Assembly: GCA_000934665.2 (NCBI GenBank)
Contig: KZ538040.1
Span: 1 to 64,000, forward strand
Source: Catajapyx aquilonaris
Lineage: Eukaryota
Length of the DNA: 64,000 bases
Direction of reading: 5' to 3'
The notes under the pieces were generated by a model. It was not told the origin of the DNA, did not search any database, and worked only from the letters and a program-made list of their open reading frames with translations. Both the position numbers and the translations under genes were made by a program. Positions 10,794 to 25,243 of this stretch are shown one piece after another. Position 1 is the first letter of the stretch. Every line of letters begins with the position of its first letter.

Positions 10794-13310
10794 ACAGCAC
10801 TGTTGTCATTAACCTTTATATACACTATATTGAAGTCAATATTTGCATCAAATAACAGAACAAAGTGTATATGAAGTGAAGTTTTGGTAACGGCCTGTAA
10901 TACGAGCGTTATAAACATGAGGAGAGTTTCCCAACATCTGTTATCTGCTGGGTGTAACCTTTCTTGTTACTCATTCAGCATCTGATTTTCCCCAAGTAAT
11001 GGCCTGTTCCCTTATTCGAGTTCTAGGCCTTCAAATTTTGAGCATTATGTCAGAGACCAGACAATGTGCACGGCGTTATCAAGAGTCACGAAGAGGGGGG
11101 CCCTAAAGAGCTAGACTCATATAAAATGTAGGTTGCAAGCCAAAAGCATTGACATTGCTATATATGGAGAATTCATGGAGCTAGCAGATTTTCCTTTCAC
11201 CTGTGCTGCTAAGGGCCACAAAACAACTCTAGAAATTATTCATTGCAAGTGCTATGTTTGCCTCGCCTGTTTCTCTCCACCATACCATTTTCTGTCATCG
11301 GATTTTGCAGACGTTGTGTGGTCACATGCGCATGTTGACCAATCTGAATTTTATTTCGCGAGGATGCTCATATATGTCGCTGACATGACTTTTGTACCCC
11401 CTGGAGGTACGGCACACATCCGGAGGTCATCCCCCTCACTATAGATTGGTTTCTGTCGCGCGTTTGTGTCGCTCAGTCAATATTGGACAGTCAGCAGTGG
11501 CAATTGCCCAAGGAGATTTCTCCATCCACTTCTGCTCTCTGGAGTGGAGGGGGGATATATAGGATGGATATAAAACTCTACCCCCATCTCCTGCCAAAAA
11601 AAAAGGGCGGCACATGACAAAAGAAAATGGCGCTTGTTGTTATTACTATTTGATGAGAGACAGGGCTTTAAAAGGCTGCCACCTTTTTGGATATATGGCA
11701 CCAGTTCTTTTTTTCATTTTTTTTCTTTAAAAAAAGTGCCAGTTGGAGCCAATCCGGATATTGCCTGTTTATCCGGAGTCTCATAGGCTTCCAAATATGA
11801 ACTCGGCTCAGCTACTAGCTCAGACGCTAAATATAAGGGCAATAGGAAGTTATGGTGCCGCTTAGGACAGGTATAGACAATTTCGCGAAAAAAAATGTGA
11901 GCGACATTTTACTGACTCGTAAGTAGACTCTTATACAATAGGAGCAAGGTTCATTTAATATGTAACTAATCATTCAAATAATGTCTGATGACTCAAATAC
12001 AGTGGAAATGTCACAGTCAATTATATTAAACAACCTTTAGGAGCTGTTTTTATCATAATTTTGTTGAAGTTTAAAAGGAGCTCTATTAAGGCTTATGTGG
12101 GAAATATTAGTTCACTGAATGGGTCTAAATCCACTAAAATAATGTCGTGTTTTTTCGTCAATAAATTGGATCCATTATTATCTTATTATCGTATTATGAA
12201 TTTCAAGACTTGAGTAAAATAAAACGACACAAATTTGCGGAAAATTGCATTAATTGAACCAAATTCAATACCTTTTTACATTGCAGGAGATAAATTCGAT
12301 CCATTATTAATTTCATCGACAGGAAAAAAAATACACAAATATGCCGAAAAATTAAGTGATTGAGCTAAACTTAATATATTTTTACCTTTATACAGGGGAA
12401 GCTATTATTCCAGGCCTCAAGCAATGAATACAAATCTTGCATCATCATTTTTGCAACATCTTTCACCAGCTATTAAATCATCCCTTGAAAGGTACCGACA
12501 AACATCGACATTTGCGCTGTTGATCACGTAAAACTTACACAAGAATTAAGTCACGTTCCAATCCATTGTCCATAAATATTTCCGAGCCTTCTTTTGAAAA
12601 TTAGGGGTGGTATATGATGGCCTTCTCTTTTTCAAGTGCCTCCCGCTTTCATCTCGTCGGGGGTAAAGTAAATTTTCGGCACCTTGTTAAGCATACTTGT
12701 GCTACCCACTCCTTCTCTTCCTCCTCCTCGTCTTCGTCTTCTTCTTTTTTCATAAATATGTTCTAGGCGCAACCTTTGCATAAGATAATTAGAGCAAGGT
12801 GGGGGAGGCTCCTGGTTGAAAGTTAATGAGAGAGGAAAACTTGCCCTTACATCACTGATTTCCCTAATTAATGGCCGCCTTCAACAAGGGCGCCCTGGAT
12901 ACAAAGGCTTGCCTTCTTTTCCTCAACCCTGTTTTACATATCGCCGGGTATGTATTAATATCGACCCCCATGTGTATAGAGACTCTCTGAGAGAGAAAAA
13001 AAGTCCTATACAACCAACCCTCTACTGTTTTCGAAGCGATGAAAAGATTGGGGTGTGGTGGGAAAGTTTGGTCGATTTTATCGTTAAAAGGGTTAGACTA
13101 TTGTACAAGCTGCTTTTCTTGGGTCGAAAGTCAGATAAGGTTAGGGGCATAGAGAGGTCTTTGTACGTAAAAATTGCGTAGATAAAACTGTGAGAGCGTA
13201 GTGTACTTGCCGTCTGTAAGTCTTGTCACAAATGTGTGCTATTTACAAAGAACGACCGTGAGATATTTTGGTAGCAATATCTGATAAACCAAACATCAGA
13301 AAAAACTACG

Positions 13311-13499
13311 AACTAGTAAATTTTGGGTATTTAAACTCGAAAAAAGTGCGGTTTTCGGACTTTTCACTTCAGCACCACGTAATCCATCAGTGTGCCAAGT
13401 TTCAGTACACTCTGTAGTCCGGAAGTGGGATATGTAACCCGGACAAACATACATACCAACAAACTTTGCATCCGTTTGACATTTCATGTATTCAACAGA
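13311..13499 (-). mobile_element. Family B non-autonomous Helitron, 5' portion
   Basis: Minus strand reads A^TC..AAAGTTTGTTGGTATGTATGTTTGTCCGGGTTAC..CACTTCCGGACTAC..CTGAAACTTGGCAC, homologous to the complete copy at 35986-36253. Confidence 0.7.
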
Positions 13500-16400
13500 T
13501 TTTTTTTGTGTGTGTGTGTGACACAATCTGGTATCGGTACACCTCCAGGTTTGAACTATACAGATTTAGATCCGGGCGTGTGGCCACACATAGTCACGAC
13601 CCTAAGTAGTTTAATCCCAGTTGAGTGCGTTCACGTTCCGGGACACGTTTTTTGGAACCCCCCCCNCCCCCCCCCCCCCTCCCCACGGGAACAAAAAAAA
13701 AATCAAAGTACGTCCGGGCGACATTTCCATGAGAAGGGGTCAGTCGGCACACAAAAGACCCACTTAATTTAGGTTCTTTTTTTTCCAGATTGATTGTGCT
13801 TCCCAAAGGTTGTGCTCCAAGTAGCTCCATCTTTTTTTTTTTTGGAGGGGGGCCTGGGGGTCCCAATTGGTCGTTCCTCCCTTGGTCCTAGTCATGTTTT
13901 TCGGCCACGAGCACATTACTCTCAAGCCGGGAGGGACACGCTGCAAAAATGGCTCAATTTGCAGATTCACTCTGTACCACAGGGTGATCCAAAGGACACT
14001 GATCAAACTGGAGGATAAAATCGGATAATTGTGTGCTCCAAAATGGGCAAATGGATCACCCTGTTGCCCCCCAAGCTCTCCCTCTAAAAAACATTCATTG
14101 CAATTGCGGTTTCGTGACAGTAATTTCAGGGCCCGCTTATAAACAATGCCCATTAGAGTGTAAGTCACATCTAACTAGTATTTCACTTTTTGTGTGCGTG
14201 GATTGTAGGGTGCATATTTGTGTGTGTGTAAAACGTGTGTGGACCGCTTCATTGTTGGGAATGACAATCGGTGGATTAATTGGCGGACAACGGGGGCCCA
14301 GGCATGATTGGTGCCGATGCATAACAATCATTTATTCTCTCATAAAACCGGGTGGTTTTTGCATGGCTAACGGGTCTTTTGCATGCATTGTAAACCCCCT
14401 GGTAAAAACCCCAGAGGGACCCGCCCTGGATTTATACGGACTCGAACATATATACTGTAGTTTCTGCTTGCGAAGCTTGGGTTATATTCGATGAATGTTT
14501 GGGGGGCTGGCAATTGATTACCCTCCTCAAGTTATTTGCACACCATTTGCTAATGTAAACGGACGTATATTATGCTTCAGAGGTAGCGAGCTAGACTGGG
14601 GGAAAAAAAATTTATTTGCGAAGTTTGAGGAGAGACGAACTGTTTTACTATGCGCTTCGATACACTCAGCTCATTAACTAGTGGTCAACACTGTTTACTA
14701 AACCCTTGGTTCGCAGACCCACTAACCTAGCTAATAGGCACTGTCTGAATCTATAGATCAAGGGGAGACGTTGTGTATAGTTAACTCTAAAACGAATTTT
14801 TGTGCTCCCTGGAGGTGATAGTTGAGCCCTGTATGGCTTTCGGGTGACCGCACCAATCCTACCTTGTGGCCCTGGCAGGCACGGTACGTCGCATTGCCTG
14901 ATCATTTTAATTAATTTTGAGCTTGGGCTTATTGCGGGTTTATACGCCAACAATGTGTCCGCCATGGGCGCCGGCGGCCAACGAACGTTATTGTGACCTT
15001 GCCAACCTGGCATGGTAACCTCGTGGAGGCAGGGGAGTGTTGCAAGTAATATAATTATGTATATTATTAAAATTATTATGAGGTGGTTAGGTAATACATG
15101 GACACCCCGCTTATGGGAACTAACGCCGCGAAGAAATGTATGTTGTTCTCAAAAATAAAATTAACATAAACTTGTATGCCAATTTATAGCTATTGAAATG
15201 AGAAAAACCCTCGCTTCGCTCACTGGGTGCGTGTGGGTGGGGAGTGAGAAATGTTGGCAGCGAACGAACGGATGGTTCCTGCTCCCACCCACCAGAGGCT
15301 CTGCTTCCACCCTCATTGCGGCTGCGCAGAACGGGGACCAATTGGAAGCGTCGCGGTAACACTATATACAGCGTACCAATCAGAAGGCATAATAATACAG
15401 CATGAATATGATTTTAATAATATAGATGAACCGAATATTAATGCCGTAGTATAAATTATCTTTAAACGTAAGTCATCCCCTAAGTAATTTTTTACAAAAT
15501 GTGCATTGCCCTGATGACCAAGATGTCCAATATGGTGGCACGTGTTAGGCAATTCCCCTCAGCAAGTTAAATTCCGGGGGCTCGAGTTTAATTCAAAAAT
15601 AAGTGGGTTTAGCAATTGCTGGGAGTTAGGGTCGCAGTCCAACGAGCCAGTGGGGGTTGGACCTTTCTACACACACACAGAGAGAGAGAGAGAGAGAGCA
15701 ACAATTAAGTCCAAAAGGGGGTGGTCCGGAGCAGATGCCAGGCCAGGGGGATGCTGGAGGAAGGAAGATGAGCAGAAAGTATATAGGAGCTTGCTGGGTT
15801 AGCGGTGCGGGGGTATGGTGGTGATGGCGTCGCTTCCCCACCATTATCAGCGAATCTCATTAGGTCGCAGCCAGCGGGTGGTCCAGATAATGAAGGAAAA
15901 GCTGGGAAGCCTTATTCCTCTCTCGCCTTTGCTTTGATCATCTTGCCTTCATCTTACGGGTGGATGCTGCTGTTGGTCAAGTTGTTTCCTCCAGCATGCA
16001 GCATCAGTCGATGTGTCAGCATCAAATAAGATTTTTGTCAACACGTCGTCGACAGGAAAAACCAGAGTCAGCAGCCCTGATTTCTACTGGGTGTTTCTAT
16101 CGGCGCCAGAAGCTGTCACTTTTTTCAACCAACATCAGCACTTCCAACCCCCCTCCGTTTTTTTTGAATAGGTTGCCGATAATGCAAGTACAGGTGATTG
16201 CAATCTCCCCATAAATGGCGGAAACGGTTCGATCCCCCTCACTCACTCTACCTTCCCCCCCCNCTCCCCCCCCCCAAAAAAATGCCATTTTTTTTTCTCT
16301 CTCTCTCTCTCTTCCAACCCTCTCCCCTATAGCCAGGAAACCACAATGGCGTATTGATTCCATAATTTCCGGAAAGGGATGCGGGTGACCCTTTTTTTTC

Positions 16401-16611
16401 AGGGAAAATGTGGTAACCCCCAGAACCAGGTGGGGGGGGGTTTCAAAAATTAATCTTACTTAGGTCGGGAGCGGAAACATGGCGAGGGGGAAATTAAAGT
16501 GTACTTTGTGTACAACCAGACCAAGCTGGCGCCTATGAATGTACCAATTTAGGGCGTGAAGGGTTGGAACGGGTCACGCCAAACCCTGACTATCCATGAT
16601 TGTATAGATGA

Positions 16612-16966
16612 ATTTTTGTACGGGAGCAACCGAGTACGCACCACATTTCGCGCAGATTGCACGGTTGGCATTACCAATGATAGCTACTGAGGAAGCTTTC
16701 TGTAGGCCTATAGTGGGTGTAGGAGTACATAACCGAGGCACTTATTTCCAACGCTACGCGCGGGGGGGGGGGGACAAAATGGCCGACATTTGCGACGTTG
16801 CCGAGGCTACCGAGGCTCTGGAACGACCCTAAGAGGCTACGGGAATTATTTATTATTTATTATTTTGGCCCCTCGGGAGTAACTCTGCAACGTTGTTGCG
16901 AGTATGCCAGAACACCGGAGCTGCGCGAGTGTGGGTGCGCACTCGGTTGCGCTCGTTGTAAAAAAA
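16612..16966 (+). mobile_element. Family C non-autonomous element with ~35-bp terminal inverted repeats
   Basis: Left end ACGGGAGCAACCGAGTACGCACCACATTTCGCGCAG; right end CTGCGCGAGTGTGGGTGCGCACTCGGTTGCGCTCGT. The core 'gcacttatttccaacgctacg..caaaatggccgacatttgcgacgttgcc' is shared with the copies at 34260 and 41860. Confidence 0.75.
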
Positions 16967-17979
16967 ATCATTTTTAGCTGATGGCTCACCCCGGACAGAG
17001 GCGCATATTCCAGACTGTCTGAGGGATTAAACATTTATCTTCCATATACCTTCCGGCAGCCTCTTCATCTTCAATTCAACTCATGGCCCCTGTCTTGCGG
17101 TCTTTTCCAGCCATGCCACTCACTAGGGGCCAATAGGGGGCTTCCTGCCCTCCTCTCATCCTCTTCTTATGGCGTCCATCTCGGTGGAGGGAGAGGACCG
17201 CAACTTCTCCATTTCTATTTTTTTTTTTGTAGCTCCACTCTCGAGGGACATCATCTCAACCGGAAGGAATGCCTTTCATAGACTCAACCCAGCTCTTGGT
17301 TAGATGATGCCTGAAAATTATTTCAGATTGGGCTCCCTCCCCCTGGAGGAACTATCTCTCCTGAGGGAGATGGGGAGGATGGTTCCTGCTCAACTTAACG
17401 AGTTAATCCTCTTGGAAATCTGATGAGAATTAGGACCACTCTCTCTCTATAGCCCCTCCCCCCCTGAACCAATAACGGTGCTTGGCTATCAAGCTGTACG
17501 TAATCGAGTTTCTGGGATTGAATATTACCACCTTTTAGTCCCGGTGAAATAAAGCGTGGATTGTGGGGGATTTGGTAAGACCCACTTCACTCATTGTCGC
17601 TGGGATAATAATGATGGGGAATAATAAAGAGAGAAAAAAAGATGTGGTGGGGATGATGAGAGAGGGAGCCATTGTCGTTTCCAGGGCGACTCATTTGCTG
17701 CTCGGGATGGGCGTTTGGTGGCAATGGTCATTGTCAGGTAAATTAATTGGGTTTAGCTAATCGTGCGTATTTTTTTGGCAGGAGGCTTCTATTATTTTGT
17801 GAACAATGTGGGGTAGTTCCACTCTAATAATAAGGTACTGTATATGAGAAAAATGAAGTGAAAGTAAAACCAACTACTCTGCGTTCAAATATGTCAAAAT
17901 AACTGAAATAGTAGATATTAGTTAAAATAACTGAAATATATTAGTTAGAATAGCTACATATATTAGGTAAATCGCTGAA

Positions 17980-18435
17980 CCTAAATATTAGTTATTTAAC
18001 AAAATATTGGTTATTTAACAAAATATTAGTTATTTAACAAAATATTAGTTATTTAACAAAATAGTAGTTATTTAACAAAAATATTAGTTATTTAACAACC
18101 AAATATTAGTCAACTAACCATTCTAAATATTAGTCAACTAACCATTCTAAATATTAGTCAACTAACCATTCTAAATATTAGTCAACTAACCATTCTAAAT
18201 ATTAGTAAAGTAACTAAAATAAATATTAGTTATTTAACTAAAATAAATATTAGTTATTTAACTAAAATAAATATTAGTTATTTAACTAAAATAAATATTA
18301 GTTATTTAACTAAAATAAATATTAGCTATTTAACTAAAATAAATATTAGTTATTTAACTAAAATAAATATTAGTTATTTAACTAAAATAAATATTAGTAA
18401 AATAACCATTCTAAATATTAGTAAAATTAACAAAA
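17980..18435. repeat. AT-rich composite minisatellite (20- and 24-bp units)
   Basis: AAATATTAGTTATTTAACAA x~5, AAATATTAGTCAACTAACCATTCT x~4 and AAATATTAGTTATTTAACTAAAAT x~7, all sharing the core AAATATTAGT. Confidence 0.95.
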
Positions 18436-19184
18436 AATGCACCTATTAGCGCCTATGGTAGGCAAGTCATTAGTTAATGTTCCGTCACTTTATATTCATT
18501 GCTGGTGGTAGGCTAAACGATCCTTGAATTATTTCATTTTAACTTGAGCAAAGTACAGCCCCTGTAGATTGTACAGAGAGGCCAGTAAACCCGCTTTTGG
18601 CTGCTCAGCAACAAACTGCGCTGTACTGTACATACAGAGCTGTAGAAGAGTAATGCTGATCCCCTGGGGAGATGCTATTTCAGGACTTTAAAATGGGCAG
18701 CACCCTTACTTGCTAGCGAGATAATAGCCTTTAATTGATGGCAAAGAGGGGAAAATTATGCCAAAAATGTTGCGCCTGGTAATTACCATTGCTGTGTATA
18801 GTTGTCACGGATAAATGTCACAGCCGTGAACAAATGTCGTTTCCATTACTAACTGTCGTTGCCGGGAAACTTCCGGAGAGAGAGAGCTGGTGGAGGGCTG
18901 GTGGTATGGGGGTGGTAGTGGGGGGTGGGGGGTCCCATGCCTAATTATAGAAGTGGAAATTCACAGTTGGTGTCGTGTGTCACCACATTAAAGTCCCATT
19001 ACCGCAGGTCAGTTTTCAGGTCCATTAAGGGGATGAGCCGCAGCACAACACATTCCCCAGAAATCCAGCAGAGGGTGCGCTCGCTAGCTGTTATTCGGAA
19101 CACCCATCGATGCTATCGTTTTCCGGGCGACCCTGCGCCTCGTCCCCATTATTAACATAATAATTACTTGCGGCGATGGTGAAA

Positions 19185-19880
19185 AACTGATAAACTAGCA
19201 ATACATTCTAGCTGATAAAGTAGCAGCTACTTTGTATCACCTAATCAACTGCTAAAGAAGCGGCTACATTTCAACTGATAAAGCAACAGCTATAAGTATT
19301 TTGTAACCACTAAAGCAACTAGTATAAAAGCTGCTAAGTAACGGCTACTTTAGCTCGTAATGTAGCTGCTTTGTTGTAACTGCTACAGTAGCAGCTACAA
19401 TATAGCTGATACAGTAACATCCATTTTGTAACCGCTAAAGCAAATAGTAAATCTGCTAAAGTAACGGCTTCACCGTAGCCTTTAAAGTAGCAGCTACGTT
19501 TAACTACTACATTGCAACCTCTAAAGTATATGTTTTGTTATAACTGCTAAAGTGGCAGCTACAATATAGCTGGTAAAGTTGCAGCTACTTAGTAACCACT
19601 AAAGTAAATATTACAATGAAGCTGCTAAAGTAGCTGCTACATTTCAACTACTAAAGTAACGGATGTTGTAACAGCTAAAACTACATTGTAGCTGCTAGAG
19701 TAGCTGTTGCATTGCAATTACTAAAGTAACTAATACATTGTAGCTGCTAGAGTAGCTGTTGCATTGCAATTACTAAAGTAACTAATACACTGTAGCTGCT
19801 AAAGTAGCGACTAATTGTAGCTGTTTAAATGGCTGTTATGAATAAGCAGCTCCTTCATTGCTGGCTGTTTTTAGCTGTTG
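19185..19880. repeat. Degenerate ~25-bp tandem repeat
   Basis: Recurrent AGCTGCTAAAGTAGCAGCTACATT variants, with an exact ~50-bp duplication near 19683-19790. Confidence 0.85.
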
Positions 19881-20739
19881 CTAAATGTGGCAGTTTAATA
19901 CTGCTGTAACTATTAAAGACTTGGGTGCTGTGCTCATAATTAGCGTGTTATTTTGTGTCCTAATTATCCGAATACCCTTTTTTGACCCACATCCTTTTCC
20001 TGTTTCTGTTTTTTGTTGATTCCCCTTTTCCCCCCAGTGGTTATTATGATGATTCCCGTGTCTCTGCTGGATTCTGGCCTTTCTCACCTGGCTTCGAGGT
20101 GGGTGGGGATGGGGGGGACTGCAAATGGGGTTTTAATGTTGCGGGGAGCCGTCGGCGATCTTGGCCTCTGATAAAAAGGAAGGGAAGGACCTCCCTAGGT
20201 CTCGGAATTGTTCAAGTTGAAAAGGTGGGGTGTGTAGGGCACACATATATAGCGCCNCCCCCCCCCCCCCCCCCCATCCAAAAAAGCTATTCTTTCTTCT
20301 TTTTTTCTATCTACATTTCACGGCTGCTTTTCACTCTTTTTTTTCTTTCTTTCACCTTCCCTCGACGGGGTGCTTCTGTTGGCTGCCGGATTATCACTCA
20401 CTTTAATGAGTCTCCAGGTAGGGTTGGTTGGCTCCATATCGGGGGAGTCGCTGGACACCCATTGGCTGGTTGTGTTAGGCCAGTTAACTGACCAGTGTGG
20501 CCTAGTTTGAACCATCTGGGAGAAGGTCTTCATGCATGAAATGTGATGACTCACCCCGGACAAACAGGCTCGAGCCAATTCTACATATTTTGATTAGAAA
20601 GAATTGGTGGCATATTCGTTCCACTGCTATAGTTACTGCTAATTTAGCAGTAACAAGGAGTGTGACAAAAAATTCCACCCATTATAATCTGCTTTCAAAG
20701 GATCTATCACACAACCTATCAGCATGTTATACATTTGCA

Positions 20740-21300
20740 TTACCAGTAAAATAGCAGCTTATTGAATTACGCATCTTGGTACAAAAATCTCTAACCCACT
20801 AAACATAATATTAGTTACCGGTATTAATACTTTAATGACCACTCAGCAGCTCAAAATAAGCAGCTTGGTACAAAATAATATCGGTAAGCACGAAGACACT
20901 GCCACAACAAAGTATCAGTAAGTAATACTTTTCATAATCACTAAAATAACAGCTTAAAATTAACAGTACAAATTGCTACTCGCTTGCTACAACCTAATAT
21001 CAACTAATACATTTAATAACCACTAAAATAATATTTTAAATTAAGAAGTTTGGTACAAAAATCCCTAACCACTAAGATAACAGCTTACAATTATTGTAAG
21101 CTGTTATCTTAGTGGTTAGTGATTTTTGTACTTTGCTGTTAATTATTAACAGCAAAGTATATAAGACACTAATTTAAGACAACATGATATTGGCATACTT
21201 TAGTGGTTATTGAAAGTATTAGTTGCAACTAATACTTTTAATAACCACTAAAAGTAACAGCTTAAAAATAAGCAGCTCCGTACAAAAATCGCTACCGACT
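20740..21300. repeat. Degenerate tandem repeat containing three fold-back palindromes
   Basis: Recurrent TAACCACTAAAATAACAGCTTA..TTGGTACAAAAATC. Palindromes at 21053-21131, 21129-21159 and 21199-21252. Confidence 0.85.
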
Positions 21301-22904
21301 GACATCTCTACAAGAAATCGTAGCTGTTATTTGCGAAAAGAACTTTACGTAAGAGATCATTACTAGGTGTGAATCTCCGAGACCTACTGAGTGCTAATTA
21401 ATGAAGGGGTCAGTGGTGTGGAGGGAGTGTATTTTTAATTAAAAGTGAGGACTGGCGGTTTCGTTTTCCAAGGGGGGGTCCGGCGCATTGGTGCAAGCAG
21501 AGGGGTGCCGACCGGTGGTCATAAGTTAAAAGGAAAACCACATCACACACTACTGGGGGTGGAACTGGTGAACTGCATTACAGCCAAGGCTTTATACATA
21601 CAGCACCATGCATAGAGAGAGAGAGAGAGAGAGAGAAAAAGAGTTTCGCAGGAAAATGAAGCGGGCTCGTGCAGGGGTTGTAGACCAATCAGAAGCCGGA
21701 TGGGAAAAAGCAATCGCCTAATTTCGGGCGTATTTTGGCTCGTAATTATTCCAGTGTGACCGCCTAAGTCGCAGGTCAGCATGCCTGAAATTTCTGGAAG
21801 TAGGCTACAGGAACCATGTACTATGAGTGTTCCAACTAACTAAAGGAAATTCTGCGCACCCCAGTCGCGCATATGTATCGATACACATCGATTCGGACCT
21901 CAAACCGAAATCGATACGACACAACACCAGTACCGCGATATTAGCAAAGCCACAATAATGTTCATACGTTAATACACAGTTCAGTGAAACCGCCATGGAT
22001 ATTGCATATCCAGCTGACAGCTGGACCAACTGACGACCGAGGTCAAAGGTCAAGGCCATGACAGCAAGGTTTCCATTCGCCTCTTTTTATAGGACCTTTC
22101 ATCGGTACATCCCGTTGCATTGCGTGCATAAAACGAAAGAAAAGTGTCGTCTGGGGACTGGGAATGATGTCCGCATAATATGTAAGGGACTGCGCATCCC
22201 TATAGGGGGAGGGGGTCGACTATGCGACGTTAAAAGGTCATTTTCCCACCCTAAAACCCGGGTGAGGTCAAACGGGTCCGTAAATTACAGTCGCTTCCAG
22301 TCAGTTATGTGCGTGTGCTGAGCCCAGGGCTTACAACATTCCATACATTACCTAAAGTTAAACTTGCTGTAAACTTTGTCAAGCTATGCGTGCCTGGATT
22401 TATTTACGCACTTACTTATTTATTTAGTTTCATTTTGACTTATTATTTTTATTATTTGATTATTTTTATTATCATGAGGTGTGAATTGCATGCAAAGTCG
22501 CGGGCAAAATGTAGGCGCCACTTTTCAGATCAAGGTACAGCCTGCTTTTGAGAAATTATTATTATGCGCCAAACTTTTAGCTCGCTTCGGTGCAGTACAG
22601 TATTATATAAACTCCTGCTTTGTATTCTGCCTACCAAAAGTATATTGACCTGCCTGAGAATCCTGAGGGAAAAAAGCCTTAAAAGTTGATAGCCTCATTT
22701 TAAAGTCATAGCTAGACTAGTTGAAATTGATATCCGCCTACATTTGCTATGAGTTTTCATGATTCTACACGATATTATGTATGCCTCTGTTGAAGAAGTC
22801 ATAGAACATGCGGAAAATGCTATTTACCATGCTCTGACGTTACAGGCTGTTGAACTCTATAAGCGACAAGCCTTATTCTAAAATTTACGAGAGTGAACCC
22901 CTTA

Positions 22905-23031
22905 GTAGCCTATAGATGACGCATACTACTGTCACTCTCAGGGTCGTGCGAGGGGTAATGGTACAGAACTACATGCACCTAGCTGATGACTTTGGACAAA
23001 CAGAGGCACAGACTGAAGCCAATTCTATACA
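22905..23031 (-). mobile_element. Family A Helitron-like fragment
   Basis: Plus strand 'ctgtcactctcagggtcgtgc..gctgatgactttggacaaacagaggcacagactgaagccaattcta' is the reverse complement of the family A consensus (compare 56945). Confidence 0.7.
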
Positions 23032-24064
23032 TCCCACTGGTGTAGCATTATTTTGTCAGTCACCAGTTTCACCAGATGTATGGTACTGTACGTAGCAATT
23101 CACCTTGATATCCCTGTTATGGATGGAAGCAGGCGTCGTGAAATGTGGCCTAATTACTCCGTAATCCCACCCGGCGCAAAACTAATGACCCGGATTCGCA
23201 GATTTCCGGATCAAGACCGCCTTGGAGAGCGTTCCTCCAGCAAATCCGGATGGCGTCCCAAGGAAAATTCGAAATAAGGGTTAGGGCTCCTCTCACGTAT
23301 TAGGGACACCCATGGATGCTGCGATACCACCCTCTTCCAAAATACAGCCCCCCACCTCCCACCCCCTTCACCCTCATAACTCACCTTTCATTAGTGAGGA
23401 CAAGGGAATTACCGGGGGCCGATTTGCATTGCGCGGGTTCGTCCAGTGAACAAACAGGATTCAAAGAGCTCATTATTTTGCTTGGCACGCAGGGGACTCC
23501 CGCGCTAAATTAAGCTTAATGATCCCCCCCCCCTCCNCCCCCACAAATCCCTCCTACCCCTGCCGCCCCCTTCCCTCCGGCCCTTACCAAAAAGGATTTC
23601 CTACACTATCTTAAGACATGCTCCGGTAAAAAAAACCACTTCAATAAGCCAATATTGCAACATGCTGTAAGAACCTTACTATTTAATATTATGGACAATT
23701 CAATGTTTCTCTGACTATTATATTTACTTTTGTTATGGTTGCCATGGAAACAGTTGCCACCGAACCTGGTCAAACAAACAAACAAACATTGTCGATCATA
23801 ATACATAGATTGTATAGATTGAATCAATCATAGCATAGATATTTAAATGCTTTGCTAATTTTTGCATTTTTGTATACCAAATTTTAATATTTTAATATTT
23901 ACATAATGATATATTATGATCATACATATAATAAGGGAATGTTTGTGCATGGCAACTTGGCTACCATGGCAACAGGCCGTGCGAAGAACAGGCTCCACTT
24001 TCCTGCCAGTATAAAAAATACGAATCATGTAAATAAAATGAAACACAATGTAGCCGCGCAGCCC

Positions 24065-24520
24065 TATAAAATAAATGTTAAATAAATATAAATGAAATAT
24101 GAAATCAACATAACATAAATAAAATAAATGCAAATGTAATAAATATAATAAATAAAATGACATAAATTTAATACAATATAATAAATAAAATGACATAAAT
24201 TTAATACAATATAATAAATAAAAAATGACATAAATTTAATACAATACAATAAATTTAATACAGTACGATAATAAAAATGACATTTAATGAATTAAATTAA
24301 ATTAAATGACACATTTCATAAAATAAAATATAATGACAAATTAAATAAATAAAATTAAATGACATACATTTAATAAAATGAAATGAAATAAATGTAATGA
24401 AATATTATAAATAGTATAAATAAATGTATGTGAATAAAATTATTTAGATATACCTAGTAAATGAATGCAAATTTAAAAATATTTTTACATATTTTAAATA
24501 TTTTATTTATGCTATTTATT
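24065..24520. repeat. AT-rich low-complexity/tandem repeat
   Basis: ATAAATAAAATGACATAAATTTAATACAATATA repeated about three times within very AT-rich sequence. Confidence 0.9.
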
Positions 24521-25243
24521 ATGACTCTGGAGCTGATCTTGCTCTTCCTTGAAATCCTCGAATCGTACTAAACCGGTCTGGAAATCGGGAAATGGGAATG
24601 CGATGAAGTAGATATGAAGGGGGTATCACTCTTTGGGATTCGCGATAACAGGAAGTGCTTTTCGGGGTTCCGCGAACGGCAGGGGGGTACAGAAGAAGAG
24701 AGGGAAAAAATGGGAAGAGGAAGAGGGGGGGTTGGGGGGGGTTCCGATTTTGAAGGGTGCAGTGGTGCATTTGAAGCCCCCCTTGAAAAGCACTTCCTGA
24801 CCACGGAACGGCGCATTTCCCCCGGGACTTTCATATCCACAAAGGAATATCGGGAGACCATTCGGGTTCATTCCAGCGAGAAGAGACGAAGGAGCTTGGG
24901 CCAATGGCTCTCCTTTCGACGACCCATCTGACATGCTGGATACAGTGTTCGATGGGGGAGGGGGGGGGGGTTTCAAGAGACGGTTTTTAATGCGGAAAAG
25001 TGACCCTGTTCTTGTCCTGGTCTACACCAAATAGGGGATCGGTCATGGTTTCCTTCACCGCAAAATTGGGGGGGTTCGGGTTCAGATTGGTTCGTATAGA
25101 GGAAAAAAAAGACACGCTTTTCCGCGCTTTTCAATTTGTACCAGAAGTTTGCCATCAACAAGGTGAGACGCTTGTAGAAACCTATAGAAATGTCCTGTAC
25201 AGTGCGGAAATGAGTAAGGTATCAGACCTGAAGCACAAATTAG

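Noticed and set aside
16225..16240. GGTTCGATCCC (tRNA B-box-like)
   Set aside because: No A-box or cloverleaf around it.
18555..18575. CCCTGTAGAT resembling part of miR-10; also GTATACTGAA at 34071 resembling miR-iab-4
   Set aside because: Only ~10 nt match, the rest of the mature sequence differs, and no hairpin is evident.
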